Of a stretch of 64,000 nucleotides of DNA, positions 19,606-29,928 are shown in pieces. Source of the stretch: Candidatus Methanomethylicia archaeon (GTDB taxonomy: Archaea > Thermoproteota > Methanomethylicia > CALHIW01). Within the stretch, counting starts at the first letter, position 1, and each line of letters starts with the position of its first letter. Under the pieces are notes generated by a model. The model had not been told where the DNA came from. It saw only the letters and a program-made list of their open reading frames with translations, and searched no databases. A program made the translations under genes and the position numbers. Location of the stretch: contig JAWBQF010000004.1 of the NCBI GenBank assembly GCA_038845975.1, forward strand, positions 64,001-128,000, in the 5' to 3' direction.

Positions 19606-20381
19606 TTAGATCCCCTATTAATATAGTAAATACGTGGCTTATATCCAAGATCTTCCCTAAGTCTGAATGATACGTTTTCCCTTATGAGCTTTGATACTTC
19701 GCTTTCAGGATCGTTTAAATCACCGAAATATCTAGCACCTGTTGGACATTCAACAACACATCTAGGTTTTAACCCACGTGTAACTCGATGAGGACAGAAA
19801 ATACACTTTTCTACAACTCCAGCAGGTCTAGGTGGGAGAGCATTAGGATTTAGCTCACCTTCAGGTACTTGAGGCCAAACCCAATTAAAACGTCTAGCAT
19901 TATATGGGCAGGCAGCCATACATAATCTGCATCCAATACATCTCCTATGATCTATCCAAACAACCCCAGTTTCAAGTTTAAAGGTTGCACCTACAGGACA
20001 TACTTTAACACATGGTGGGTCATCGCATTGCATACATTGAACAGGTATATACCATTTACCCTCTTCGGTTTCGCTATAGCATTCATCACCAACATCTATA
20101 TCAAGTATACCACGAGGTAAAGCGTAGACCTTAATATAGCTGAATCCAGAATTTCTACCTATATTATTCTCCTTAATACACGCATACATGCATATCCTAC
20201 ATCCAATACATTTAGATAGATCTATTACCATAGCGTACTTGGGAAATACGTTATTTTTAGAATCTATACCACTAGCTTCACTGCCAATCTTAATGGATTC
20301 TGTAAAAATTTTTGATGTAAGTAGGAGAATGGGAGCTGTACATAGTATTTTTAGGAAGCCCCTCCTACTTACATTACCCAT
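19602..20381 (-). CDS. Tat-exported 4Fe-4S ferredoxin subunit (NrfC/DsrO-like)
   Basis: SRRGFLK Tat motif; CIGCRICMYAC, CMQCDDPPCVKVCP, CIGCRLCMAACP, KCIFC...CVVECP. Confidence 0.9.
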   Translation of the reverse strand: MGNVSRRGFLKILCTAPILLLTSKIFTESIKIGSEASGIDSKNNVFPKYAMVIDLSKCIGCRICMYACIKENNIGRNSGFSYIKVYALPRGILDIDVGDECYSETEEGKWYIPVQCMQCDDPPCVKVCPVGATFKLETGVVWIDHRRCIGCRLCMAACPYNARRFNWVWPQVPEGELNPNALPPRPAGVVEKCIFCPHRVTRGLKPRCVVECPTGARYFGDLNDPESEVSKLIRENVSFRLREDLGYKPRIYYINRGSK

Positions 20382-20385
20382 TGCA

Positions 20386-20904
20386 TCACCCTAAGTTAGG
20401 TTTAGCTAAAAAAAATATTAGAATAGCTATTAGTGCTAATAATAGAATGATATATTGGTATTTTGGAGGAATTGGGCTTGGAGTAGTTAATGGTGGCTGG
20501 AGAGTAACATCTTCCAGTCGTGATGGACGTACTATCCATGAGGATTCCCATGTATAATTAATTGTAGTGTGAACAGTTTCACTCCATAGATTAGGCTCTT
20601 TAGCATGGCATTGACTACACTGTATTGCTTTATCTTTAATTATTGTACCGTTTAGTAGGCATAGTGCTCCATGGTTTGGTTCAATGGGCCAGCTAACAAT
20701 ATGGCAGAGAGAGCATACCTTCGGTTCATCTCCAAGTTTACTATGATTACCTAAATATATGTATCTATGACATCCATAGCAATAAGGCTCTTGTGGTGAA
20801 ACATATGGTGGAATGCTTAATGCTAGTATTAGTACAATACATAATCCTAGAAGTAGAACTATAATAAGACGTGGGTAATCAGTAAGTACTTTAACAATAC
20901 TCAT
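20386..20904 (-). CDS. Membrane-anchored triheme c-type cytochrome
   Basis: Three CxxCH motifs (CYGCH, CSLCH, CSQCH); hydrophobic N- and C-termini. Confidence 0.8.
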   Translation of the reverse strand: MSIVKVLTDYPRLIIVLLLGLCIVLILALSIPPYVSPQEPYCYGCHRYIYLGNHSKLGDEPKVCSLCHIVSWPIEPNHGALCLLNGTIIKDKAIQCSQCHAKEPNLWSETVHTTINYTWESSWIVRPSRLEDVTLQPPLTTPSPIPPKYQYIILLLALIAILIFFLAKPNLG

Positions 20905-20938
20905 AAAATCACCTCCTATAATAGTTTAATAATCATAA

Positions 20939-22918
20939 TTACACCCCATCTAAAGATTTAGAAATAAGCTCAGTTAAATCACATATAGATACTTTCTCAT
21001 CAATACCCTTAATTCTTGCAGCATCCTCAAGCATTGCTAGACAAAATGGACACTCGGTAATTACTCCTTCCACATTTAAATCTGTAAGCTCCTCAAGTCT
21101 TACAACACTAATTCTCTTCTCCTCAAGTATTTCATACCAATAATTCGCACCACCACCTCCACAGCAAAATGTTTTCTTTCCTCTATTTCCAGCTTCCTTA
21201 ACCTTTAATCTTGGAATGTGTTTTAGAATAGTTCTAGGCTGATTATATATGTTGTTGTATCGTGCCAGATAACATGGATCATGAAGTACTACTACAGTAT
21301 CTATTGGTTTGCCTATCTTGATAGCTCCCTTCCTCATAAGGTTTTCAATAAGCTCAGAGTAATGATAAACCTCAATATCTAGTAATCCAAATTTTGGGTA
21401 TTCGTTTTTAAATGTATTATAGCAGTGTGGGCAAAGAGTTAGTATTTTCCTGACGCTATACTTCTTAAATAGTTCAATATTATTTAATGCTATTTCTTGA
21501 AATCTACTTTCTTCTCCTAGTCTCCTTGCAGGATCACCGCAGCATGTTTCCTCAGCTCCAAGTACTGTAAAGCTTATATTAGCAGTTCTAAGAATCTTTA
21601 TGAGAGATTCTGAAATTTTAATAGCTCTACTATCATATGAAGCTAAACATCCAATCCAAAGTAAATATTCAACATTAGGATTTTCCTGAATAGTCTTAAC
21701 GTTTAATTTAGCTGCTAATTCCTGTCTATCCCACTGCGACATTCCTAAGCTATTTGAGGAATGAGCTAGATTACTTAGTAGATCGCTTTTCTTCTTATCA
21801 AGTCTGGAATTTCCTACAAGCCATCTTCTAAGGTCAACTATAAAGTCTACATGACTTATCCATGCAGGACATGTGATCATGCATTTTCCACATGTTGTGC
21901 AGGACCAGACCTCATCTTCGGATATTATTGAGCCAGTTAATGTCTCAACATCTCCAGTTATGAGTTGTTTTTTAAGTTTTTGAATTATCATTCTAGGCTT
22001 TAAAGCTCTTTTTGAAGCTACAGCAGGACAAACTTCGTCACATCTTCCACAATTAGTACAGGAATCAACCATAAACTTTCTAGGCCAATCAAGATCCCAA
22101 ACATTACCTACACCAAATCGAATATTCTCCATCGCTTCAGGATTGCTTAATAACTCAGACAGTAGGAATGGAGTTGTTATTGAGCCTAATGGTTTATCAG
22201 ATTGAATAGCAATATTTCCTGGTACAGCTAAAATATGCCATAACTTAGAGTATGGAATAGCTGCTATAATAATACATGCTGCAATAACATGTGACCACCA
22301 AAACAATATATGAAGAGTTTCCGCAGTATTAACTGGTATACTAGTTAAAAATAGTGAGATTATAGAGCCTACAGGAGACCATGCAGAGGATAATGAGGAA
22401 AATATAAGTTTAAAACTTTCAGTTAATAATCCTGATAGCCCTAGATATAGTAAAGCTACTAGAGCTAGAAGATCTTCCATTCCAGTTTCAAGCTTCCAAG
22501 GTCTAATAACCACTCTTCTAATTAATGCTAGGCAAACACCTACAATGAATAGAATACCGGAAATATCCATAATTAAGCTTAAATATTGAAAATAGGAGCT
22601 GCCGAAAATTAACACTAATGGAAGGTTTAAATTAAATAGAAAAGGAAAACCGAGAATAACCTTTCCAAATAGGAGTATTAGGAAGCCGTACATAATTAGA
22701 AAATGTGAAATACCAATATAGGGATCATTTAATACCCTACCTTGAAGAAGAACATCCCTTAAAAACTTAATATAATTTCTAGAAAAATACTTAAACTGAT
22801 TAATAAACCCAGTAATACCATAAATCTTAACTCTAATGTAGAAACCATAAGTAAACATCACCAACGATCCAATAGCTAAAGCATACATTAACGTTGGTGA
22901 TGGGGGGGTTAAATTCAT
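20939..22918 (-). CDS. NarI-like membrane domain fused to HdrD/GlpC-type Fe-S domains (FadF / ETF:quinone oxidoreductase-like)
   Basis: TM region with His ligands (SHFLI, WWSH, KLWH); two CxxCxxCxxxCP; two CCG domains (TCCGDP..CPHC; HDPCYL..FCCGGGG..CPFC). Confidence 0.88.
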   Translation of the reverse strand: MNLTPPSPTLMYALAIGSLVMFTYGFYIRVKIYGITGFINQFKYFSRNYIKFLRDVLLQGRVLNDPYIGISHFLIMYGFLILLFGKVILGFPFLFNLNLPLVLIFGSSYFQYLSLIMDISGILFIVGVCLALIRRVVIRPWKLETGMEDLLALVALLYLGLSGLLTESFKLIFSSLSSAWSPVGSIISLFLTSIPVNTAETLHILFWWSHVIAACIIIAAIPYSKLWHILAVPGNIAIQSDKPLGSITTPFLLSELLSNPEAMENIRFGVGNVWDLDWPRKFMVDSCTNCGRCDEVCPAVASKRALKPRMIIQKLKKQLITGDVETLTGSIISEDEVWSCTTCGKCMITCPAWISHVDFIVDLRRWLVGNSRLDKKKSDLLSNLAHSSNSLGMSQWDRQELAAKLNVKTIQENPNVEYLLWIGCLASYDSRAIKISESLIKILRTANISFTVLGAEETCCGDPARRLGEESRFQEIALNNIELFKKYSVRKILTLCPHCYNTFKNEYPKFGLLDIEVYHYSELIENLMRKGAIKIGKPIDTVVVLHDPCYLARYNNIYNQPRTILKHIPRLKVKEAGNRGKKTFCCGGGGANYWYEILEEKRISVVRLEELTDLNVEGVITECPFCLAMLEDAARIKGIDEKVSICDLTELISKSLDGV

Positions 22919-23061
22919 AGTGAAGTTAGTTGAATCAACATTTATATAAATTTTTCCTAGATTTTACTAAGAATTCCATGATACTGTATTAATTATTAAC
23001 GCATAAAATATTTTAAGATAATTCTGTAAATGTTTAAATACTAATATATTCAAGTTTATTC

Positions 23062-23406
23062 ATGGTTGAGCTAGCAACTACCGATTTAGCGCTTAAAATC
23101 TTATCTAGATATAAGCTATGTAATAAATGTCTTGGTAAACTATACTACGATCCCGGATATGTTAAGGATGAAGAGAGAGGGGAATCGGTAAAGATTGTCT
23201 TATATATAGAGGCATTTAAATACATTCAAGAAGACAACTACAATCATGGAATAGAAATTCTTAAAACATTAGCTGAAAATGGTGATTTTCACCCAGCATA
23301 TTTAAGCCTAAAAGAGCTTAATATAAATATGGAAAGGGGAGAGTTTCAATGCGATTCATGTACTGGAAAAATAGATTTAAACAGTCTTAAAGACAAGAAT
23401 GAATAG
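23062..23406 (+). CDS. Small Cys-rich protein resembling the N-terminal zinc-binding domain of archaeal Pus10
   Basis: KILSRYKLCNKCLGKLY...ERGESVK...CDSCTG; no catalytic domain follows. Confidence 0.6.
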   Translation: MVELATTDLALKILSRYKLCNKCLGKLYYDPGYVKDEERGESVKIVLYIEAFKYIQEDNYNHGIEILKTLAENGDFHPAYLSLKELNINMERGEFQCDSCTGKIDLNSLKDKNE

Positions 23407-23906
23407 GTATTATATGAGGTAATTTTACGATAAAATTTAACAATAAACTAATTACATGTTACTAACTATTATTGTTTAAGCTAGGAATACTGGATTATAT
23501 TAAGAGTTTATGAATTATATATTATAATCCAATTATATAAACAATATTTAAAGTCAGCAATGAATAGCATATAATTATTATGTCTCTAGTATATCATGTC
23601 TATGAAGTATAGTTCATATAGTCTTTATACATGCTAAAGCTTTAAACTATTCAACAAGAATTTGATTATAAATTTCAATTTATACGCTATACAAGCAAAT
23701 CTTCAAGATGTGGAGCTGGTTTACTATTTATGTATTGATGAATAGTAAATTACACGTAAGTTTAACTAAGTTTACGTGTATGGCTGTAAGTATTAGAATA
23801 TAATTTCATGATGCTTGATATGGGATATAATCATGCTGTTCCAGAAATGCTACCAGATGCTTTATTTAGTTTCTAATTGCTTCTAGCAGTATATAGCTGG
23901 AAAACT

Positions 23907-24653
23907 TTACGTAAATTCTTCCTGAATCAATTGGATAAGATTTTTCCTAATGTCAAGAAATACATCACTAAATATGCTTCTAGGTTTCGGTAATATTGCT
24001 GAAAGATCTATTTCCTTCTTTACTGTTGCCGGTCTTTTTGTTAAAACAATTACAGTATCAGCTAGAAAAACTATTTCCTCAACATTATGACTTACAAATA
24101 CTGTAGTTTTCCTATATTTTTGATGAATTTTAAGAACTTCAAGCTGAAGATAATATCTTGTTTGAGCATCAATATTTGCAAATGGTTCATCCATTAGTAG
24201 GACATCAGGGTCTATAGCTAAAGCCCTTGCAAGACATGCTCTAGCTTTCATACCTCCTGATATTTCATGAGGGTAATAATCTTTAAATTCATATAATCCT
24301 ACAGCTTTAAGGAGATTATAAACAAGCTCCCTACTAGATTTTTTATTAATACCTCTAATTTCCAATCCAAAGAAAATGTTTTCCTCAACAGTTCTCCAAG
24401 GATATAGTGTAAGGCTCTGAGGAACATAGCCTATTTTATGTCTATATGTATTAGGGGCTTCATTATTAATAAGTACTTTACCAGTATCTACCTTCTCGAT
24501 ACCGCTTAAAATTCTTAGAAGAGTTGTTTTACCACAGCCTGAAGGACCTAAAACTCCAATAAGCATTCCAGGTTTAGCAGTGAATGATATATTATTAAGC
24601 ACTTTAAGATTATTAAAGGATTTACTAACACCCACAATATTTAGCTCAGCCAT
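23907..24653 (-). CDS. NitT/TauT-family ABC transporter ATPase
   Basis: GPSGCGKTT, ISGGM, LLMDEPF, SH. Confidence 0.92.
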   Translation of the reverse strand: MAELNIVGVSKSFNNLKVLNNISFTAKPGMLIGVLGPSGCGKTTLLRILSGIEKVDTGKVLINNEAPNTYRHKIGYVPQSLTLYPWRTVEENIFFGLEIRGINKKSSRELVYNLLKAVGLYEFKDYYPHEISGGMKARACLARALAIDPDVLLMDEPFANIDAQTRYYLQLEVLKIHQKYRKTTVFVSHNVEEIVFLADTVIVLTKRPATVKKEIDLSAILPKPRSIFSDVFLDIRKNLIQLIQEEFT

Positions 24654-24661
24654 ATGACCAC

Positions 24662-25417
24662 TTAAACCTGTCTAACAAAGCCTTTCTGCCACTTTAAAGT
24701 CTTAATCTCAATAACTCTAACAATTCTCTCAAGAATAAAACCTATTACACCAATAACTAACATGTATGCTGTTACTGCAGATATATCATGTAAATACCTC
24801 ATATTCATTATTTGAAGACCAAGACCTGGAGGACCAAACATTTCGGCTGCGACAACACACATCCATCCAACACCTACACCAGTTCTAATACCGCTTAGCA
24901 TGGATGGAAGAGAAGACGGAAGAGCAACCTTAACTAGAATGTCTAGATCACCAGCTCCTAATGTTCTAGCTATCTCTACATATTCTAACGGTACATTACT
25001 AAATCCTAGAAAGGTATTTGTAAATATTGGAAAGAAGGAGCCTATAAATATTATTAGGGAGGATGCTTCAAAATCACTTCTAAAAGATATGAGAGCGAAT
25101 GGAATCCATGCTATTGGTGGAATAGGTCTAATAATTTCTACTATAGGTTTAATAAGGGCTCTTACTGAACGATACCATCCAGACAACGCACCAATAGGAA
25201 TAGCAACTACTAGAGCCATGGCAAATCCAGCAATGAAGTGGACGATGCTATGATATGCATATATTGGGATTTTATCTATTAATGCATAGATGGAGAAAAC
25301 AACATCAACAGGTCTAGGTAGAATAGCAGGAAGAATCCGGATTTCTGATGCTAACTCCCATAGTGAAATAAATACGGCAATAGATGTTAACGATATTAGG
25401 CTATCTCTAAACTTCAT
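24662..25417 (-). CDS. NitT/TauT-family ABC transporter permease
   Basis: RPIPPIAWIP, ARTLGA, VVAAEM. Confidence 0.92.
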   Translation of the reverse strand: MKFRDSLISLTSIAVFISLWELASEIRILPAILPRPVDVVFSIYALIDKIPIYAYHSIVHFIAGFAMALVVAIPIGALSGWYRSVRALIKPIVEIIRPIPPIAWIPFALISFRSDFEASSLIIFIGSFFPIFTNTFLGFSNVPLEYVEIARTLGAGDLDILVKVALPSSLPSMLSGIRTGVGVGWMCVVAAEMFGPPGLGLQIMNMRYLHDISAVTAYMLVIGVIGFILERIVRVIEIKTLKWQKGFVRQV

Positions 25418-25446
25418 ATACTGTCAACTATCAAATAGAAGTTAAC

Positions 25447-26547
25447 TTATAAGGTTTCCTTAACAGCTTCTTCATATATTGACTTGTTAAGCAGATCATT
25501 AATTTCTGGTTTAACCTTTATTGATCCTATATTATACATTGCATTAACAAACATAATCAACCCTTCCTCAGCTTTACTTGGATCCGGATTAAATATAATT
25601 TTTGTTTTATTATCTGTAAATGTCTTCATCAATACGTATCTAGTAAAAGTTATATTATAGCCCCAAAGCTCAGAAAGCTTTAAAGCACCAATTTCAATAG
25701 CTTCAACGGTATTCTCAGCAATATATTTCTCAGCCTTTACATGTAGTTTAACCAGTAATCTAGCTAAATCCGGATACTTCTCGTAGAATTCTCTACTTAT
25801 AGCAAGTACACAGCATGGATGATCCAATACCATATCACCGCTTGAAGTAACTATTTTACCAATATTTTTAATTTCACAAATTTCGGGAGTTGGTGAGGGG
25901 GCAAATATAGCATCTACCTTTCTAGTTGATAATAATTCAATTTGTTCCTGAGGGCCAGAAACCGGCTTAATATAGACGTTTACATTAGGATCACCTAAAT
26001 CTCCAGGTTTTAATCCATTATTTTTAAGCCAGCTAATCATGATTGTATGTTGAATACTACCTGGAGGATATGTTGCAATTACTTTTCCAATCAGGCTTTT
26101 TGGACTAGTATAGTTTAATTCAGGATTTACTACAAGCGCTGAGCCATGATATTGAGCTATAGCAACTATAATAGCCCGTGGTACAGATCGGCTAGATTGC
26201 TTAGCTTCAAGATATTTAGCTACAGCACTAATAGCCGGAGTTGCACCAACATACATGACATCAATATCACCAGCTAAAAATCTCTCAACTTGCGGTGGAC
26301 CACTAGGAAACGACTTCTCAATAATAGTTACATTATATCCAAGCTTAGCAGCTTCAGACTCAATCCATTTCTTACTTAGCATAATGAAAGCCGGTAAATG
26401 ATGATCTGAAGGCTGATATGAAAATTTAATAGTAACATATCTAGACTCTACCGGCTTATTGAATGTTATAAGAAATATTGCTATTGAAGCTATAAGAATA
26501 ACTGCTACGATCATAATAGCTTTACCTATGTTCTTCAATGCAGTCAC
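25447..26547 (-). CDS. NitT/TauT-family ABC substrate-binding protein
   Basis: N-terminal anchor; YQPSDHH, FPSGP, PGSIQH, HPCCV. Confidence 0.88.
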   Translation of the reverse strand: MTALKNIGKAIMIVAVILIASIAIFLITFNKPVESRYVTIKFSYQPSDHHLPAFIMLSKKWIESEAAKLGYNVTIIEKSFPSGPPQVERFLAGDIDVMYVGATPAISAVAKYLEAKQSSRSVPRAIIVAIAQYHGSALVVNPELNYTSPKSLIGKVIATYPPGSIQHTIMISWLKNNGLKPGDLGDPNVNVYIKPVSGPQEQIELLSTRKVDAIFAPSPTPEICEIKNIGKIVTSSGDMVLDHPCCVLAISREFYEKYPDLARLLVKLHVKAEKYIAENTVEAIEIGALKLSELWGYNITFTRYVLMKTFTDNKTKIIFNPDPSKAEEGLIMFVNAMYNIGSIKVKPEINDLLNKSIYEEAVKETL

Positions 26548-26784
26548 CTAAACCCTAAAAGGGATGAGGTATATAAAAATTTCTAAATAGTATATAAATA
26601 GAGCCTTTTCAAATACAAATGGATAGAAAAATATCCTTACAGTATTACTATTTGATTTCCTACAACTTTAAATATGTTTATTTCATTGTTTTGAAATGTT
26701 TAATATGAATTAAGTATTGAAATAAGGAATTATATGTGGAGCATAATTAAGCAATAACGTTTCCAGAAGCGCTACTAGATAATA

Positions 26785-27321
26785 CTAGCTGATAGTGTTA
26801 AACTGTGATGCTGCTCTTTTTATTGATTGAACAATATCGTTTTCGCATACATTAACTGAAACAAGAGGTATATCTATAAAATCCTGTAGCATCTGGATGA
26901 CTATTGGTGCTGCAACTATAGCTTTGGCTCCATCTTTAACTGCTTTTATAGCAACCCTATATACATCATCAAGCGTATTTACAGAGTATCCTTTAACCTT
27001 TATATTTAGCTCTGTAAGCTCTCTTGAAGATAAAATTCTTTCAACAACTTGTCTAGTAGCTAGAAGAGCTATAAAATCCTTCTCATAACTTTCCCTATTA
27101 TGAATACTTTTAAAACCATTTATGATTGCTCTTAAAGTATAAATTCTAATACCGCCTTTCCCACTTACAATCTTCTTTAAAGTACTTAATGGAACACCTG
27201 ATATATTTGAAAAATCACGAAGCTTAACTCCTGAAATTATTAGAGCTCTTCTAAACTCTTTTCCAAACTCAGCATCTGACATTAAAGCAGCATTAACCAA
27301 TCTCTGAATTATAGAACTCAT
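26785..27321 (-). CDS. XRE-type HTH transcriptional regulator with C-terminal ligand-type domain
   Basis: LRDFSNISGVPLSTLKKIVSG HTH; GAKAIVAAPIV. Confidence 0.75.
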   Translation of the reverse strand: MSSIIQRLVNAALMSDAEFGKEFRRALIISGVKLRDFSNISGVPLSTLKKIVSGKGGIRIYTLRAIINGFKSIHNRESYEKDFIALLATRQVVERILSSRELTELNIKVKGYSVNTLDDVYRVAIKAVKDGAKAIVAAPIVIQMLQDFIDIPLVSVNVCENDIVQSIKRAASQFNTIS

Positions 27322-27691
27322 ATAAACTATTAACTATAGCTTTCTTATATTTCTTCATAACAATAGCTTTACTACTTGCCGATTTAAAACCTAAAATAAT
27401 TATTGATTAGAATTGTTATGATTCTAATCAATATAATGGTAGTATGGATTTTACAGATATGTCTTGAATGTAATAGTTTATTTTAATACATCTACACGAT
27501 AAACTCACTACAAAACCTCAGTAGTATTATTATGTATACTGTTTGGATGAGTGTTGATACTAGCCTTTCATACCCATAGTTACTCTTCTGAATGATGTTA
27601 TCAATGCGAAAAGCCTTTCAACAATGCTTCTCATGCTTTTATATACCTTCTTAATGAAAGCTTGTAGTCAAAGTTATTAGTTAATGTTTAT

Positions 27692-28762
27692 CTACAGTAT
27701 AAACCATTTCCCATCCTTCATTACTAGCTCATTATCGAAGTATATTTCTCCATTTACTCTTAAATCTTTAATCATATCCCAATGTATTGCTGATTCATTC
27801 CTGCTTAAAGTTTCACTATAGCCTCTTCCTAATGCTAAGTGTATTGTACCCCCAATTTTTTCATCAAACAATATTTCCTTAACACTTCTAGTAATGTTGT
27901 AGTTAAGACCTATACCAAACTCACCTATTCTTCTAGCTCCTTCATCTGTATTTAGCATTTTTTTAAGAAATACTTCATTAAATCGGGCTTTACACTCAGT
28001 AACGACACCATCTTTAAATTTTAAATGGATGTCTTCAACTATGTTTCCGTAAAAAACTGCTGGTATGTCAAATTCTATTACTCCATTAACGCTGTCTTCA
28101 ATTACTGATGTGAAAACTTCTCCATCAGGCATGTTTCTCTTACCATCAGCAACTACAGCGCTTCTATTTTTAACGCTGAACTCTATATCAGTATTTGAGC
28201 CTATAATTCTAACTTTATCTGTTCTATTAAGCCTATCTTTAATTTTATGTAGTTCCATAGATGTTTTTCTCCAATCAATAAGGCAGGCATTAAATACAAA
28301 GTCTTCAAACTCTTGAAGAGACATACCTGCTTCCTGCGCTAATCCTTCAGTTGGGCAGTAAAAGATAACCCATCTCGTTTTTTCAACACGCCAATCAAAT
28401 ATAGGTTTTAAAACTTTCATTCGCATACTGATTTTTGATGGATCAATAGATGAAAGCTCCTTTACATTTAATGGAGCTCTTAAAGCAATATATACATCAG
28501 TATTTTTAATCTCAAACATATCGATTTCAGGGAAGAATTGAATATGCTTGTCTTGAGCATACTTATAAAACATGTACTGTCTTCCAGGAATTTCAACTCT
28601 AATCCATGGATAAGCTCCTTTAATAAGAGCATTCTTATAAATTTCCAATGCTAAATCTTTAGCAGCTAAATCAGCATATATTAATACTTTATCATCACTT
28701 CTAACCTCCGTTGAATATTCAAGAAGTAAATTAGCTATTTTAACTATTCTCCCATCAACCAT
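27692..28762 (-). CDS. M29-family aminopeptidase (AmpT/PepS-like)
   Basis: NMPDGEVF, GEFGIG, LFDEKIGGTIHLALG, SAIHWDM. Confidence 0.92.
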   Translation of the reverse strand: MVDGRIVKIANLLLEYSTEVRSDDKVLIYADLAAKDLALEIYKNALIKGAYPWIRVEIPGRQYMFYKYAQDKHIQFFPEIDMFEIKNTDVYIALRAPLNVKELSSIDPSKISMRMKVLKPIFDWRVEKTRWVIFYCPTEGLAQEAGMSLQEFEDFVFNACLIDWRKTSMELHKIKDRLNRTDKVRIIGSNTDIEFSVKNRSAVVADGKRNMPDGEVFTSVIEDSVNGVIEFDIPAVFYGNIVEDIHLKFKDGVVTECKARFNEVFLKKMLNTDEGARRIGEFGIGLNYNITRSVKEILFDEKIGGTIHLALGRGYSETLSRNESAIHWDMIKDLRVNGEIYFDNELVMKDGKWFIL

Positions 28763-28895
28763 TCAAACCACCAAATAGCTAAGCTATTAGAATTTTCAAT
28801 CTTATATATCTTCTTAATTAATGATGGATGCTGAAGCTTAACAGCTACTAATTCCTTACTAAATGCGTTAATTATATATTTAATAGCTAATTAGC

Positions 28896-29561
28896 ATGAA
28901 TATGGTTGGATCTATATTTAAAATAAGGAAAGTAACTGTTGGACCTCTTGAAACAAACTGTTACTTATTAATTAATGAGAATACAAATAACGCTGTAGTT
29001 GTCGATCCTGGATGGGATTCAGATAAAATAATTAGGGTTCTCAGGGATACCCATATTAAGTACATTATTGCTACTCATGGACATTTCGATCATGTTTCAG
29101 CCGTTAAGAAGCTAAGAGAAAGTAAGGGAGGAGCATTTATGATTCATAAGTTAGACCTAGAAATACTTAGCCACGCTAGGATTAGCTCATATCTTTTCCT
29201 AGGAGCTAATATTGATGAGCCGCCAAGCCCAGATATAATTCTTGAGGATGAAGTAGAAGTAGAATTTGAAGAACTTAAACTTAAAATAATCCATACACCA
29301 GGTCATTCTCCAGGTAGTATAAGTATATACATTAAGGAATTAAATAGCCTGCTAAGTGGAGATACATTATTTAGGGATAGTGTAGGTAGAACTGATATTC
29401 CAGGTGGATCATGGGAAGAATTAAAGAACTCACTAAGAAAACTACTTCAAAACCTTCCGGATACAACGGTAATATATCCTGGTCATGGTCCTGAAACAAC
29501 AGTAGGTAGGGAGAAAAGTATTAATCCATTTGTTAATGAGATACTATTCAGCAAACATTGA
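28896..29561 (+). CDS. MBL-fold metallo-hydrolase (glyoxalase II-like)
   Basis: THGHFDH, HTPGHSPG, SGDTLF, PGHG. Confidence 0.9.
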   Translation: MNMVGSIFKIRKVTVGPLETNCYLLINENTNNAVVVDPGWDSDKIIRVLRDTHIKYIIATHGHFDHVSAVKKLRESKGGAFMIHKLDLEILSHARISSYLFLGANIDEPPSPDIILEDEVEVEFEELKLKIIHTPGHSPGSISIYIKELNSLLSGDTLFRDSVGRTDIPGGSWEELKNSLRKLLQNLPDTTVIYPGHGPETTVGREKSINPFVNEILFSKH

Positions 29562-29928
29562 ATTTATATCTTCATAGTTCTAAATTGCTCTTTATATTGC
29601 TTTTTATAATGTTACTAATTTATTGATAGTGTTGTTTATATTAGGGCTCTCATCAGTCTCACATGTCAAGTTTAGCGTTTCACTAAGCTTCTTAGGAATT
29701 ATTGGAAACCAATATCTGAAAACTATAGACCTAATTCGTCTCCATATAGTAATACTACTAAATCATGGTAATAACATAATAAATCTTAAATCACTAATTT
29801 GATATTTTAGACATTAGTACTCTATAAACTTTAATGTGGAAGTATATGTTTGATTGGTTAAGTTCACAAGGTGGAAAGCGTATTAGAAAAGTTTAATAGT
29901 ACTAGAACGATTAGGCTTTAGGCAATAT

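Noticed and set aside
23751-23780. Inverted repeat TACACGTAA...TTACGTGTA between convergent genes
   Set aside because: Single 9-bp stem with no second copy or BHB flanks; could be a terminator or binding site but is unsupported.
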